From: Blepharisma stoltei ATCC 30299
Lineage: Eukaryota; Protista; Ciliophora
Assembly (NCBI GenBank): GCA_965603825.1
Contig: CBFDEM010000062.1
Coordinates: 434,001 to 498,000, forward strand
DNA: 64,000 nt
Direction of reading: 5' to 3'
Every line of letters starts with the position of its first letter. Position 1 is the first letter of the stretch. The notes below the pieces were generated by a model. It made no database searches, was not told where the DNA came from, and saw only the letters and a list, made by a program, of their open reading frames with translations. Shown here in pieces: positions 24,356 through 34,210 of the stretch. Position numbers and translations under genes: made by a program.

Positions 24356-26035
24356 ATGTCAAGAGTGACCAAATATTGGGATAAATATAGAGAAAGGCAC
24401 AAAGCGGAAAATCCTGAAGATTTGATTGACAAATCTTATATTTCGTTCCTAGAAGTTCAGTTGGAAAGGGTCTCACAAGCTGTATTATTGACTCAAAACT
24501 TCAGTGAAAGAATAGAAAATGTGCAGTCACAATTAAATTCTGCTGAAGAGAAAATTATTAACTTGACCAGGCTGGTAAAGCTTCAACAAAATTTCGCCGA
24601 AACCCAAGAAGAAGAGATAAATTCAATGAAAGCTCAACTTGAAGGAATAGATGGCGGTGGCAGATATTATGGATTGGAAGGACAAAAAAATAAAGACAAG
24701 AGTCATCATATTGAAGAAGAAATTTCTCAATTGGAAGAAAAGTTAAAAATTGTTCTTCAGAAGACAGAAAACTTTGAGGATCAAAGAAATAAATCTTATG
24801 AGAAATTTGTAAGAGATGTGAACTCAGCTTTAAAAGCAACGGAAGAAAAAGTTATGAGCTATCTTACACATGCAATAAATAGCACAGAGATTCAAAAAAG
24901 TGGCATTAAAAAGAATTTTGAAGGATTAACTGATGAAGGAGATAAAGAATTAGAGGAAGAGTTAAATGAGTTTCAGCTGAAATCAGAAAGAAATAAAGAA
25001 ATTAGAGGCTTAATGAGTTTTGGAGCTGGAGGGGATCTGCCAGAATTAAAACAAATATGGGCTAAGCTTGAAGAATTTGGAAACTTCAAAGATTATATCG
25101 AAAAAATAGTGATGGAAAAGGATACTGAAATTAAAGAAGCCACTGAAATGGTTTGGGCTTCAGAAAGGACTTGCAATAGACTTGCTGAAGACTGTACAAG
25201 TAAAATTTCTGACTGCGAAAGGGCGGTAAAAGATTTAGAGCAATTCCTTGTGGCTACTGCCAAAGAAATAAAAAAAATAGAAATTGCTCAAGGAATTCGG
25301 CCTATTGATACTGATGAAATTGAGAAAAATATTACTGAAAAAGTAAATGAAACAGTCAATAAGATTGGAGATTTAGTTAAAAAATATTTTAATTCACAAC
25401 AAGATTTACAAAAAGAAGTCAAAGTATTAGCTTCTAAATTTTATGGGAAAAGTACAGTCCCTCCACTATCCCCTAAATTCAAGTCTCCAATAAGAAAAAC
25501 TGAAAAACCTGACAAATCTGATAAACCACCCATTTCTCCTCTCACAAACACACTTCAAGAGCTTGAAACATCTCTTACCCAAAGTAGACATAAAAGATCA
25601 ATAAGTTCAGATGCAGAAAAGCATAGCAAAGATGATGACTCTCATGAATTAAAACATAAATCAAGATCAAAATCACCGAAACTAAAATTAAGTAAAAAAG
25701 TAAAATCTACAAGCAGCTTGACTCCAGACAGAAAAAGGTCAAAATCTTCTTCAAAATCAAAGTCGAGGTCAAGGTCAAGATCAAGGTCAAATTCAAAGAC
25801 AAGGACGAAGTCAATATCTGAGCTTCAGCTTTCCCCTAAGTCAACCAAAAAATCGCTTGCGATGGAATCAAGTATCAGGCAAAAAATCGTGGATATGAAA
25901 GCAAAAGAAGAAGAGGAAGAGCAAAAGATCAGCCAAAAAACAGTCAAAAGGCACAGCAAGCTGGATAAGAAAAAGAAAAAACTTGAAAAACTTGAAAAAA
26001 TTTATCAAAAATTATCAGCAAGGGATTTAAAATAA
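24356..26035 (+). CDS. Coiled-coil protein with Ser/Arg/Lys-rich C-terminus, 559 aa
   Basis: Long open frame; heptad-rich N-terminal half; 'RSKSSSKSKSRSRSRSRSNS' tract. Confidence 0.75.
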   Translation: MSRVTKYWDKYRERHKAENPEDLIDKSYISFLEVQLERVSQAVLLTQNFSERIENVQSQLNSAEEKIINLTRLVKLQQNFAETQEEEINSMKAQLEGIDGGGRYYGLEGQKNKDKSHHIEEEISQLEEKLKIVLQKTENFEDQRNKSYEKFVRDVNSALKATEEKVMSYLTHAINSTEIQKSGIKKNFEGLTDEGDKELEEELNEFQLKSERNKEIRGLMSFGAGGDLPELKQIWAKLEEFGNFKDYIEKIVMEKDTEIKEATEMVWASERTCNRLAEDCTSKISDCERAVKDLEQFLVATAKEIKKIEIAQGIRPIDTDEIEKNITEKVNETVNKIGDLVKKYFNSQQDLQKEVKVLASKFYGKSTVPPLSPKFKSPIRKTEKPDKSDKPPISPLTNTLQELETSLTQSRHKRSISSDAEKHSKDDDSHELKHKSRSKSPKLKLSKKVKSTSSLTPDRKRSKSSSKSKSRSRSRSRSNSKTRTKSISELQLSPKSTKKSLAMESSIRQKIVDMKAKEEEEEQKISQKTVKRHSKLDKKKKKLEKLEKIYQKLSARDLK

Positions 26036-26083
26036 TTTATAAAATTATTAAATTATATTAATTAATTAAAGAATTTAGTTATA

Positions 26084-27424
26084 TTATTCACCTTGCTTAG
26101 TACTTATTGAATTTTTATTTTTCTTTCGTTCAGCTCGAATAGTTTTAGTGTCTTTTATCGCGAATTTCATTAGAAGCATAACAGCGCAGCAGTTAACACA
26201 CAACATAAAGATAAATACATAGGCCCAACTAAAACCAGCTAAATATCCAATAAAAATCTGCCCACTGGCTGCTCCTAAAGCCCCAGTCCCATCAATAATT
26301 CCAGCAACAGTCGCTATTACATTTTCATTATTTCCTAGACTGCTATCGCTTCTCCCTAAATCTGTTGCCACAGCTCCTGAAATTAAATTATCAGAAGAAG
26401 CAATAAGAGTTCCTAATAAGAAAGTGATAAAAAAGAAAATCCATCATATGTCTGAATTCATAAGTTGAATGATTCCGAAGATTGGAAGACCTCCAATAAG
26501 CATTAAGCAAAGGGCTGGAGCTCTGAATCCCATTTTATCTGTCACCCAACCAAATGCAAATCCTCCTACCAGTCCTCCTATGTCATACAGGTTTGCTATT
26601 GTTCCAATTAACGATTTATCAACATGAATTTGCTTATCCAAAAAGAATGGCAACCACATGACCAATGACATATTGAGGAGCTTTACACAAGCATATGTAA
26701 ATGCATAAATCGCTACTCTAGGCAGCATCCAAGCTTGTAAAAATGAGATTGATTTTTTCTCTTGGTTTGAGGGTGCTTGGTCTTTTATTTCATAAAACGC
26801 TTGAGATTCTTCTAATAGCCATTCTGGGTTAGGGTTTTCTTTTGCAAGAGTTAAAAAGATCATAGCAATACTTATTAGAAAAATCGTCGTCGTTATTGTT
26901 ACAACTTCCCATGAAGCATTGATTACTGATAAGATTATAGATGCAATTTGGGCTCCCAGAATATTCCCAACTTGGGAGTTAGAACTCCATAAGCCTAAAA
27001 CTTTGCCCGTGTGTTTTGAGGAATACCAACGACCCATTAGTGATACTGTACCTGGCCATACTGTAGATAGTGTAAGACCGATTGCTCCGAATATGATTAC
27101 AAAAAGCCAAGGGTTGTCATAATTCGAAAACCCAAGGATAGCAATAATAACATAGCAGAAACTACCTAAAGCCATCCCTATAGGAACAACAATGCGTATA
27201 GGGAATGAATCTCCAAGAATTCCGCTAATGTAATTGCCAGTAGCATAGCAGAATAAATAGGTTGAGTCCATAGCTCCGAGTCATGTCGTCGAAAACCCCA
27301 AGTCGTCATTGACATCAGATTTTACCATAAATCATCCTTCAAGCCCAGCATGTCTAGCAACTATGCATAGATATGATATAACAAAAATCACAATTTGCCA
27401 CTTCTGATATACACTCAGTTTCAT
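26084..27424 (-). CDS. MFS sugar-phosphate/G3P exchanger (SLC37/GlpT family), 446 aa
   Basis: 'LGAMDSTYLFCYATGNYISGILGD', 'WPGTVSLMGRWY', 'GLWSSNSQVGNILG', 'ATDLG...ATVAGIIDGTGALGAA'. Fragments joined via UGA. Confidence 0.9.
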
Positions 27425-27727
27425 TTCTCTACTGATAATTTTCAACAAGAAAATATGAACAGAATAATGGATTTAATTTGAATAGCTGACTCATTTGCTT
27501 CTTGCCGCATGAGAAGCAACTCATAAGATTCAATATTTGCAATTTATATTTAATGCCATTATTTCATTTTTATAATTGTTAAATAATTTAAGAGTTTACT
27601 AAGCATTTAATTTATAACTTATAAGCTCTTATAGACAAATTGCTTTTGATTATTAGTTAGAATCTCATTTCCTTTAATATTGTATTAACTGTTTAGTATA
27701 CATTATTTGTTCGATTAACAGAGAATA

Positions 27728-29302
27728 ATGAAATCAAGCAAAACGAACTACTCACAAAAGCAAATACAAAAGCATTCAGCTGAAGATCTCAAACCAAGTC
27801 AAAGCTGGGTCATGAGCAGATTAGATTGGTTTTTATATGTCGAAGAGATCTTCAACTCTGCTAAATCTAATCCGAAATCGTTAAAGGTGAATGCATTTCA
27901 AGTAGTGAAATCCCTCGAAAAGATATCATCAAAGCTCCCGTTGGTTTCTCCATCCAAATACCGTGCGACCAAGCAATTGATTGCATACTCCTATAACGAA
28001 GTGGTCAAAAAGATATTAGAGTTTAATCAAGAATTCGATTGTGATGAGCTGCTTGACGCATTAATTGACATAAAAGATAACTACTCCCACAAAGATGAAA
28101 ACGCTAGTACCTTAAATATCAGTGGTTTGCAAGATGCTGGCAAATTTGACGTGACTAGACTATTAATCTCTCAAAATGATACAGCTAAAAGATGTGTAAA
28201 GCCTTCATCATCTAATTCTTTATCAATTACAAACATATCTCAAGGATTTTCTATGCCTCAGCTTCCAGTCCAGATTCTATATTTAAATTTGTCATCAAAT
28301 AACATTTCAGAGACGGAATGAAATATTCCGCAATCTTTGATTTTGCTTAATTTGAGCAATAATTTATTGACAGAATTTTCTAATTCATTACCACTTGTCA
28401 ATTTGCAGTATTTAAATTTTAATGAAAATCAGCTGAGCTATATTGATGGGATTGCTGGGTTCAAAGCACTATTGGAAATTTATATTAAAAAAAATTCAAT
28501 TGCAAACATTGGTTCTTTATGTAAAATCAGCAATTTAAAAATAATTGACGCTGAAGATAATATGATAGAAAAATATGAAGATGTGGCGCCTTTGGCACTT
28601 AGTACAAAACTGCAAACGCTAAATTTAAAAGGCAATAAAATTACGGAGGCACCAAATTACAAAGAGTTTATTCCTCATTTATTACCGAAACTCAGATATA
28701 TTGATCCCCCTGAAATTTTTTCTTTATCTCAATGCCAATTATCTGACTTTTTATTTCCAACTTCCTATAATATTGGTTTCCATCATAAAAAGCATCAAAG
28801 CTTGCCATCAACGCCAATTCATATATGCCCTATAAACATTCACGAAACCCCGATTCCTTCTAAGCCTCCCCAGAAGTACTTTAGCGAGCTCTCTGAAACC
28901 CATAAAATTGACTTAAGTCAAATTAGCTGCTCAGCAATTTTGAATTCGTCAAAAATATCGACCCCAAAAACCTGTACAAGGCCAGGCTCCCCTGTATCAA
29001 CTGATAAGAAAAAAATATCAAGAAGCACTAATGCATCGCCTAGACCAGGAAAAGTAGGTCTGAATAAGCAGTTTAGAACCCCAGGAAAGTCAAATAAATT
29101 ACTTAGATCTAGCCTAGTGTCTACAGCAAGGATAAATGAAGCTGACGAATCTTATTTGAATTTTTCAAATGCAAGCAAAGTGAGTGTAATCAATAGCGAA
29201 ACAATTACAAACTCTATGAAAATAGGATACGGGAACCCAGTTGCTGCTATGATGATTAAACCTGCCACACATGCTAGGAATAGAGTGAAATCAATGGGAT
29301 AA
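27728..29302 (+). CDS. Leucine-rich-repeat protein (SDS22-like LRRs), 524 aa
   Basis: LxxLNLSxNxI/L repeats on both sides of UGA 28319-28321; LRR cap 'PNYKEFIPHLLPKLRYID'. Confidence 0.85.
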
Positions 29303-29364
29303 ACTTTAATTAATGTATAAATATCATAGAAAGAAAATATATGAAAAAATAAACATTAAATAAT

Positions 29365-30252
29365 TTAAAGTCTTTTTAAACCTATGTAATCTGCAATTTT
29401 ATGTGTACTCAAAAAATAAGAAACATGCTCATAAGTGTATAGAGTAACAAAAGTGGATGGCATGACTCTCAGCAAGTTGACTGAAAATCCTGAATAAAAT
29501 CCTTTGATTCCTTCATTCTGTCATGTGTATTTCATAAGACTTCATAAGCCTGTGAACATTTGATCAGTATCTTTTTGGCTCATGAAAAGCCTTGCTCTCA
29601 AAACTTCATGAGGATAAGAGCATAAACTTGCCACAAACTTCGGGAAAATTGTGCATAAAATCATTTCTAAGATATGAGGGGGTTCATACTCTCTTTTAAT
29701 TAGCTTCTTTGTGAGTTCATATAGAGGAAACTGAACCACCACATGGATGGTCCCAAGCATTGATGCTTTACACCCATTAAACAATGCAAAGAAGCCTTCT
29801 TCCTTTATAATAAGTCTAAGAGAATCTGCAACACTTGTATATTTGCTATGGCCACTCTGCACTTGCATGCGAGCTCTTATCAATCATAAAGGATTAGTAA
29901 TGATGCTTCCTGTTAATCCAGCTATAGATGCTCCTGCAACATTTCCTAGGGTATCGTTATGAAAAAGATCGCCAAAATAGCTTCGGATTCTGTTATAAAG
30001 CATGAAATAAATACTTCACGAAGAAGGATAGGCAATAATCGATGCATTTAATCCTTGATATAAACTTTTCAGGCCTTCTTCTCTGTAAGTTTTACTTAAG
30101 GCCGATATAATTCCATTGTATTTCTTTTCATAAATGTTCTGGGTTTGAAGTCGAGTACGGGCAGTATCTAAAGGAGCACAGACAATGACGTTGGCGACTC
30201 CTGCACAAACACCTGACGCAAAATCTACTAAAGCACTAGTTTTTGACTCCAT
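29365..30252 (-). CDS. Mitochondrial carrier (NAD+/folate-FAD carrier subgroup, NDT1/SLC25A32-like), 295 aa
   Basis: Three repeats: PLDTARTRLQ, NPL(UGA=W)LIRARMQ, YPHEVLRARL. Also 'YPSS(UGA=W)SIYF' and 'HVVVQFPLYE'. Confidence 0.88.
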
Positions 30253-30599
30253 TTATGTATATTAATATTCCCCTAAGCTATGAGCAGTAGTCAGTCAAAC
30301 TCATGCAAATTATATAATGATCTGATTAGAAAATGGTTGAAAATTTATTTCATTTATGCAAGGATTTCTGATTATTTTCTGATCTTAAAATTTTATGATA
30401 GAAATTTATTTTTATTTAGAGAAGACTGATGCTTTTTAAAAGAAAAATTGTTATGAGCATTATAATCAAATTAATCTCTTAAGGAATCTGATTAAGTCTA
30501 TTTATAATTTTTATTGATAGTCCTTAAAAATGCAATATATTCTGACATCATCAATTTTTATTTGTTAAAAACCCATTAAATTTATAATTAAACAAAGCT

Positions 30600-31256
30600 C
30601 TAATCAGTCTTTTTTGATTCATGTCATTTTATTACTAGAACTCCTAATTTTTTCCAATAATTTCTGTATTCAATATCAATTCTAGTTTCCAATTGAACAG
30701 AAAGGCTTCTTCGTACATATGCTGCAAGTGGATTTCTAGATCACACTTGATATTTTTTGTTGATTTCTCTATCATAATTTCTAGTTCTTGCCCTAGATAT
30801 TCTTATATTTCTCAGAGGAGGCAGCGATGATTTGTTTCTCTCTATTGGAGTATCAGAAAATAATATATTTCATTTATAGTCGAAATTCAGTTCCTGATAT
30901 TTGAATCCTATCACTTTAAAATGCTCTGCCTTAGCTTTGTAAACAATCATAGGAGGTCAGGTTTCCCCATACAGTCTAAACATTACTTCTACACTATTTT
31001 TTCTGTTTTTGATAAGTGCTGCAAGCTGAGGGCTTATTTTTTGAAAAGCGTTTGAATCCATACCTCTACATAAGGCAAGGATAATCCGTTTAAATTTTTT
31101 ATAAATTATTTTGAACATAAATTTTTGAAATGTGTTAGTTACCTAAATAAAAGTTACACTAAGTGGTAAACATGAGGGTGATGAATTTTGATAGCATATT
31201 TTTCTTGAGCTTCTATATGAAGGTTTAAATGGGCGTTTAGGTGGAGATGGCAGCAT
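30600..31256 (-). CDS. C11orf65(MFI)/CXorf58-family-like protein, 213 aa (one intron); missed by the ORF track
   Basis: ATG 31256 plus intron 31143-31157 gives a continuous frame containing 'FQKISPQLAALIK...VMFRLYGET(UGA=W)PPMIVYK', resembling the family motif 'RFRLGG.xFPPxIxYK'. Ends TAG 30600-30602. Confidence 0.7.
31143..31157 (-). other. 15-nt spliceosomal intron GTAACTTTTATTTAG (phase 0)
   Basis: GT-AG ends, A10, in-frame TAG; identical in sequence to intron 11176-11190. Confidence 0.82.
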
Positions 31257-31508
31257 TGAAGTGAAATAAGAAATAAATTAATATTTTTGATGCTGCAAAT
31301 TATTTGTTAAGATATTAAATTGAATTTAATTAAATATTGAGCAGCAATAGTTATTTAAAAGAACAAATAGAACCTGTTTAATTATTTGAATTATTACGTT
31401 AAATAATATATTTTTCTTTAATTTATAGTTACTTATATTTGCTTTATTTTACAAGAAATATGTGCATCATTTTTCTGATTATTAAGCCCAAATTTCTTAG
31501 AATTATAA

Positions 31509-31826
31509 ATGTCTTTTGTTGATATTGATGAACTAGAAACATTGCAGCAGACAATTCCAGCTGAAATCGAAAATTTGGTTAATACATTAGCAATTGATTT
31601 TAGAGAAGCAGCAGAAACTACAATGAATCTTATGTCCCTATATGCATCACATTTAATCAATATTACTTCAAAATCAGATAGCACAGTTGATATGACAAAA
31701 GATTTTATTTTAAAATGTGAAAATTTAGAAGAGAACCTACAAAATGTTGAAAAGCTTGCCAAACAAATAAATTTCATGAGAAGATATTGCGAAGAACTTG
31801 AAAAGAAAATAAACAAGACTTTTTAA
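31509..31826 (+). CDS. BORC subunit 6 (lyspersin)-like helical protein, 105 aa
   Basis: 'FILKCENLEENLQNVEKLAKQINFMRRYCEELE' resembles the BORCS6 C-terminal helix 'LxAKCEELxxxMxxVxxLAxQIxxIKxxLDxLE'. Confidence 0.6.
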   Translation: MSFVDIDELETLQQTIPAEIENLVNTLAIDFREAAETTMNLMSLYASHLINITSKSDSTVDMTKDFILKCENLEENLQNVEKLAKQINFMRRYCEELEKKINKTF

Positions 31827-31862
31827 AAAGATATTTGTAGACTAATTTACATATTTTATCAC

Positions 31863-32753
31863 TTATTTAAGACTGTACTCTCTCAAATTTACTACAATAC
31901 AAGTAATGTTGTCCTTTGATCCTTTCATTATTGCTTCCTGGACCAACAACTCAGCCATTTCAAAAGGCTGCAAATCCTGTCTACTCCTAAAAATCTTCCC
32001 AATTTCTTCTTTGTTTAAGGTGTCAAAAAGCCCGTCTGTCGCTATAACTAAAGCCAGATCATTTTTAGAAATCTGCCTTTCAGTTACATAAGGCTCTGAA
32101 ATAACAAAATCTTTAAGCTTGGAGTGTCCTAAACTGCGGGAAAGTGCTAACTGTCCGTGTACTCTTAGCACTTTTCCAACAGGAAAAACATACCCACCAG
32201 CTTCTTCGATTCTGATTTGTTCGCTTTGGTCTGATGCTAGATGATCATGAGTGAGAAGTTCAGTTTCCTCATCACTTATAAGTAAAATTTTTGAATCTCC
32301 TACATTAGCGATTCGCAGAGTATTGTCTTCTATGATTGCTACTGCTGCTGTGGAGCCTCCTTCTTGACTTGAGTTAAGGGAGCAGTAAGCTTTGTCCGTG
32401 GTTTCAAACGCTTTTCTTAAGCCTTCATTGTCATTTTTTTCAAGATTATCTAGGAGTCGTTTTGAAGCAAATTTTGATGCTGTGTTGCCTGAATGGCCAT
32501 CAAAAACTCCAAAGGCGCTACAATGTGGCTTGTTTTGGAAGTTTTCGATGATTCGGTAAGCATCCTCCATTTGAGGTCGTAAGCCTTTCTTCATACAGAC
32601 ACCATGGCTGCTGCCTGTGACTGTAGTGTCTTCCCACTGATCGTAGGAAAATTTCATTTTCTTACGTCGGTATTCAGTATCTATATCTGGGATATCGATG
32701 TCCAGATTAAACTTTCTCCAGCTAGGTGTAACTCTTAATGTTGAAACTGCCAT
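31863..32753 (-). CDS. Protein phosphatase 2C (PPM family), 296 aa
   Basis: GLRPQMED, FGVFDGHSG, GGSTA, ANVGDS, DH, ALSRSLG, IATDGLFD, GSKDNIT. Confidence 0.93.
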   Translation of the reverse strand: MAVSTLRVTPSWRKFNLDIDIPDIDTEYRRKKMKFSYDQWEDTTVTGSSHGVCMKKGLRPQMEDAYRIIENFQNKPHCSAFGVFDGHSGNTASKFASKRLLDNLEKNDNEGLRKAFETTDKAYCSLNSSQEGGSTAAVAIIEDNTLRIANVGDSKILLISDEETELLTHDHLASDQSEQIRIEEAGGYVFPVGKVLRVHGQLALSRSLGHSKLKDFVISEPYVTERQISKNDLALVIATDGLFDTLNKEEIGKIFRSRQDLQPFEMAELLVQEAIMKGSKDNITCIVVNLREYSLK

Positions 32754-33012
32754 TTTAATTATATATATTTTGATTTCTAAAATTCGATTTGCTTATAGTC
32801 CTTTATGCATATAAAGATATAAATAAAATAGTAAATAGCTAGTCCATAGATATGTGCTTTTAAAAGCTACATAATAAGCAATTTATTTACGAAGCGATGG
32901 TTAGCATATTCACAATAATTTAACGGTTTTGTTTACACTGGAGCAAGTCGTCAATAGTTTGCCATTCATTTCTTTTTTATTGTACATAAGCTAAATCCAT
33001 TGTTTTAGAAAA

Positions 33013-34083
33013 ATGATCACAGGAAATGTTTATACTTTCGGAATTGGAAAAAGTGGCGAACTTGGATCAAGAAGCAATAAAGAAATAGTTCCATTTAGAA
33101 TAAGAGAACTTTCTAGTATAGTGCAGGTTGGAAATGGAGGCAGCTATGCACTGTGCTTGCAGAGCAATGGAAATTTGTATTTTTTTGGCAAAGGTAAAAA
33201 CGCAAGAGGTGGCTCGAATGTTGATTCTCCTGTGCCAAGACATCTAAGTTATTTACCTAAGATTATGATGATTGCTTGTGGATATTGACACTCATTAGTA
33301 TTAACTGAAAGTGGCTTTATAATGGCATCAGGCTATAATTCGCATGGTCAGCTTGGATTAGGCAGCACCCAAGAAGAGTCAAAATTCACCTCAACTAATA
33401 CAGAAGCAAAGATAATAAAGGCAGGAGGACATGCATCATTTGCTATTACTCAAGACAACACATTAGTCTCATGCGGGATCCGGGAATTAAATGCACACAA
33501 CCAAGATCGACTTGTTTTTACACCGGTGATGGAAAACGTAGAATATATTGACATTGGAATGGTTCATGCAGGGTGTATAAGCCAAGGCCAACTATATATG
33601 TGAGGAAATAATGCCTGAGGTCAATTAGGGATTGGCAATACGGCTCCAAGTTCGCGTCCTATTGCCGTTGCGTCTTTAGCTGGTATACAAATAAAGCAGG
33701 TTTCCTGCTCTAAAGGAGAAAAGTATGGGCATACTGGTTGTATTGATAATGATAGAAATGTTTACATGTGAGGCAGCGGATATAAAGGAAAGCTAGGGCT
33801 AGATGCTCATTGAAGCCATGAAGATCCAGCAGATCGGTATATCCCAGAGGTAATTCAAAATTTCAAAGCTGACTATGTAGAGTGCGGTGGAATCCACTCG
33901 TTAGCAATAAGCGATGCGAGATTATTCACATGGGGTTGTGGAAGTGATGGAAGACTTGGACACCCAGAAGTTCAGGGACATAGATATCTTTATAAAGAGC
34001 CGCTTCCAAGAGCGATTGGTAATCTGAACGGAGTAGTTCAGGTTTCGAGCTCATATTATAGCAATATAATATTAACGAATTAA
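33013..34083 (+). CDS. RCC1-repeat (beta-propeller) protein, 356 aa
   Basis: 'IACGY(W)HSL', 'GYNSHGQLG', 'YM(W)GNNA(W)GQLG', 'YM(W)GSGYKGKLG', 'CGGIHS', 'FTWGCGSDGRLG'. Five UGA are read as W; TAA 34081-34083. Confidence 0.92.
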
Positions 34084-34210
34084 ATATATAAAATTAATTT
34101 CAAAAGTTTTCACTATTTTATAATTTTTCATTATAAAGTCTTAAATTTCATATTTCTAAATTAATAATATTGAGAGCCGATAAGCAGTTTAATCGAAAAT
34201 TTAATTAGAA

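Noticed and set aside
25730-25800. TCAAGG/TCAAGA hexamer tandem repeat
   Set aside because: It simply encodes the SRSRSR tract of the 24356-26035 protein.
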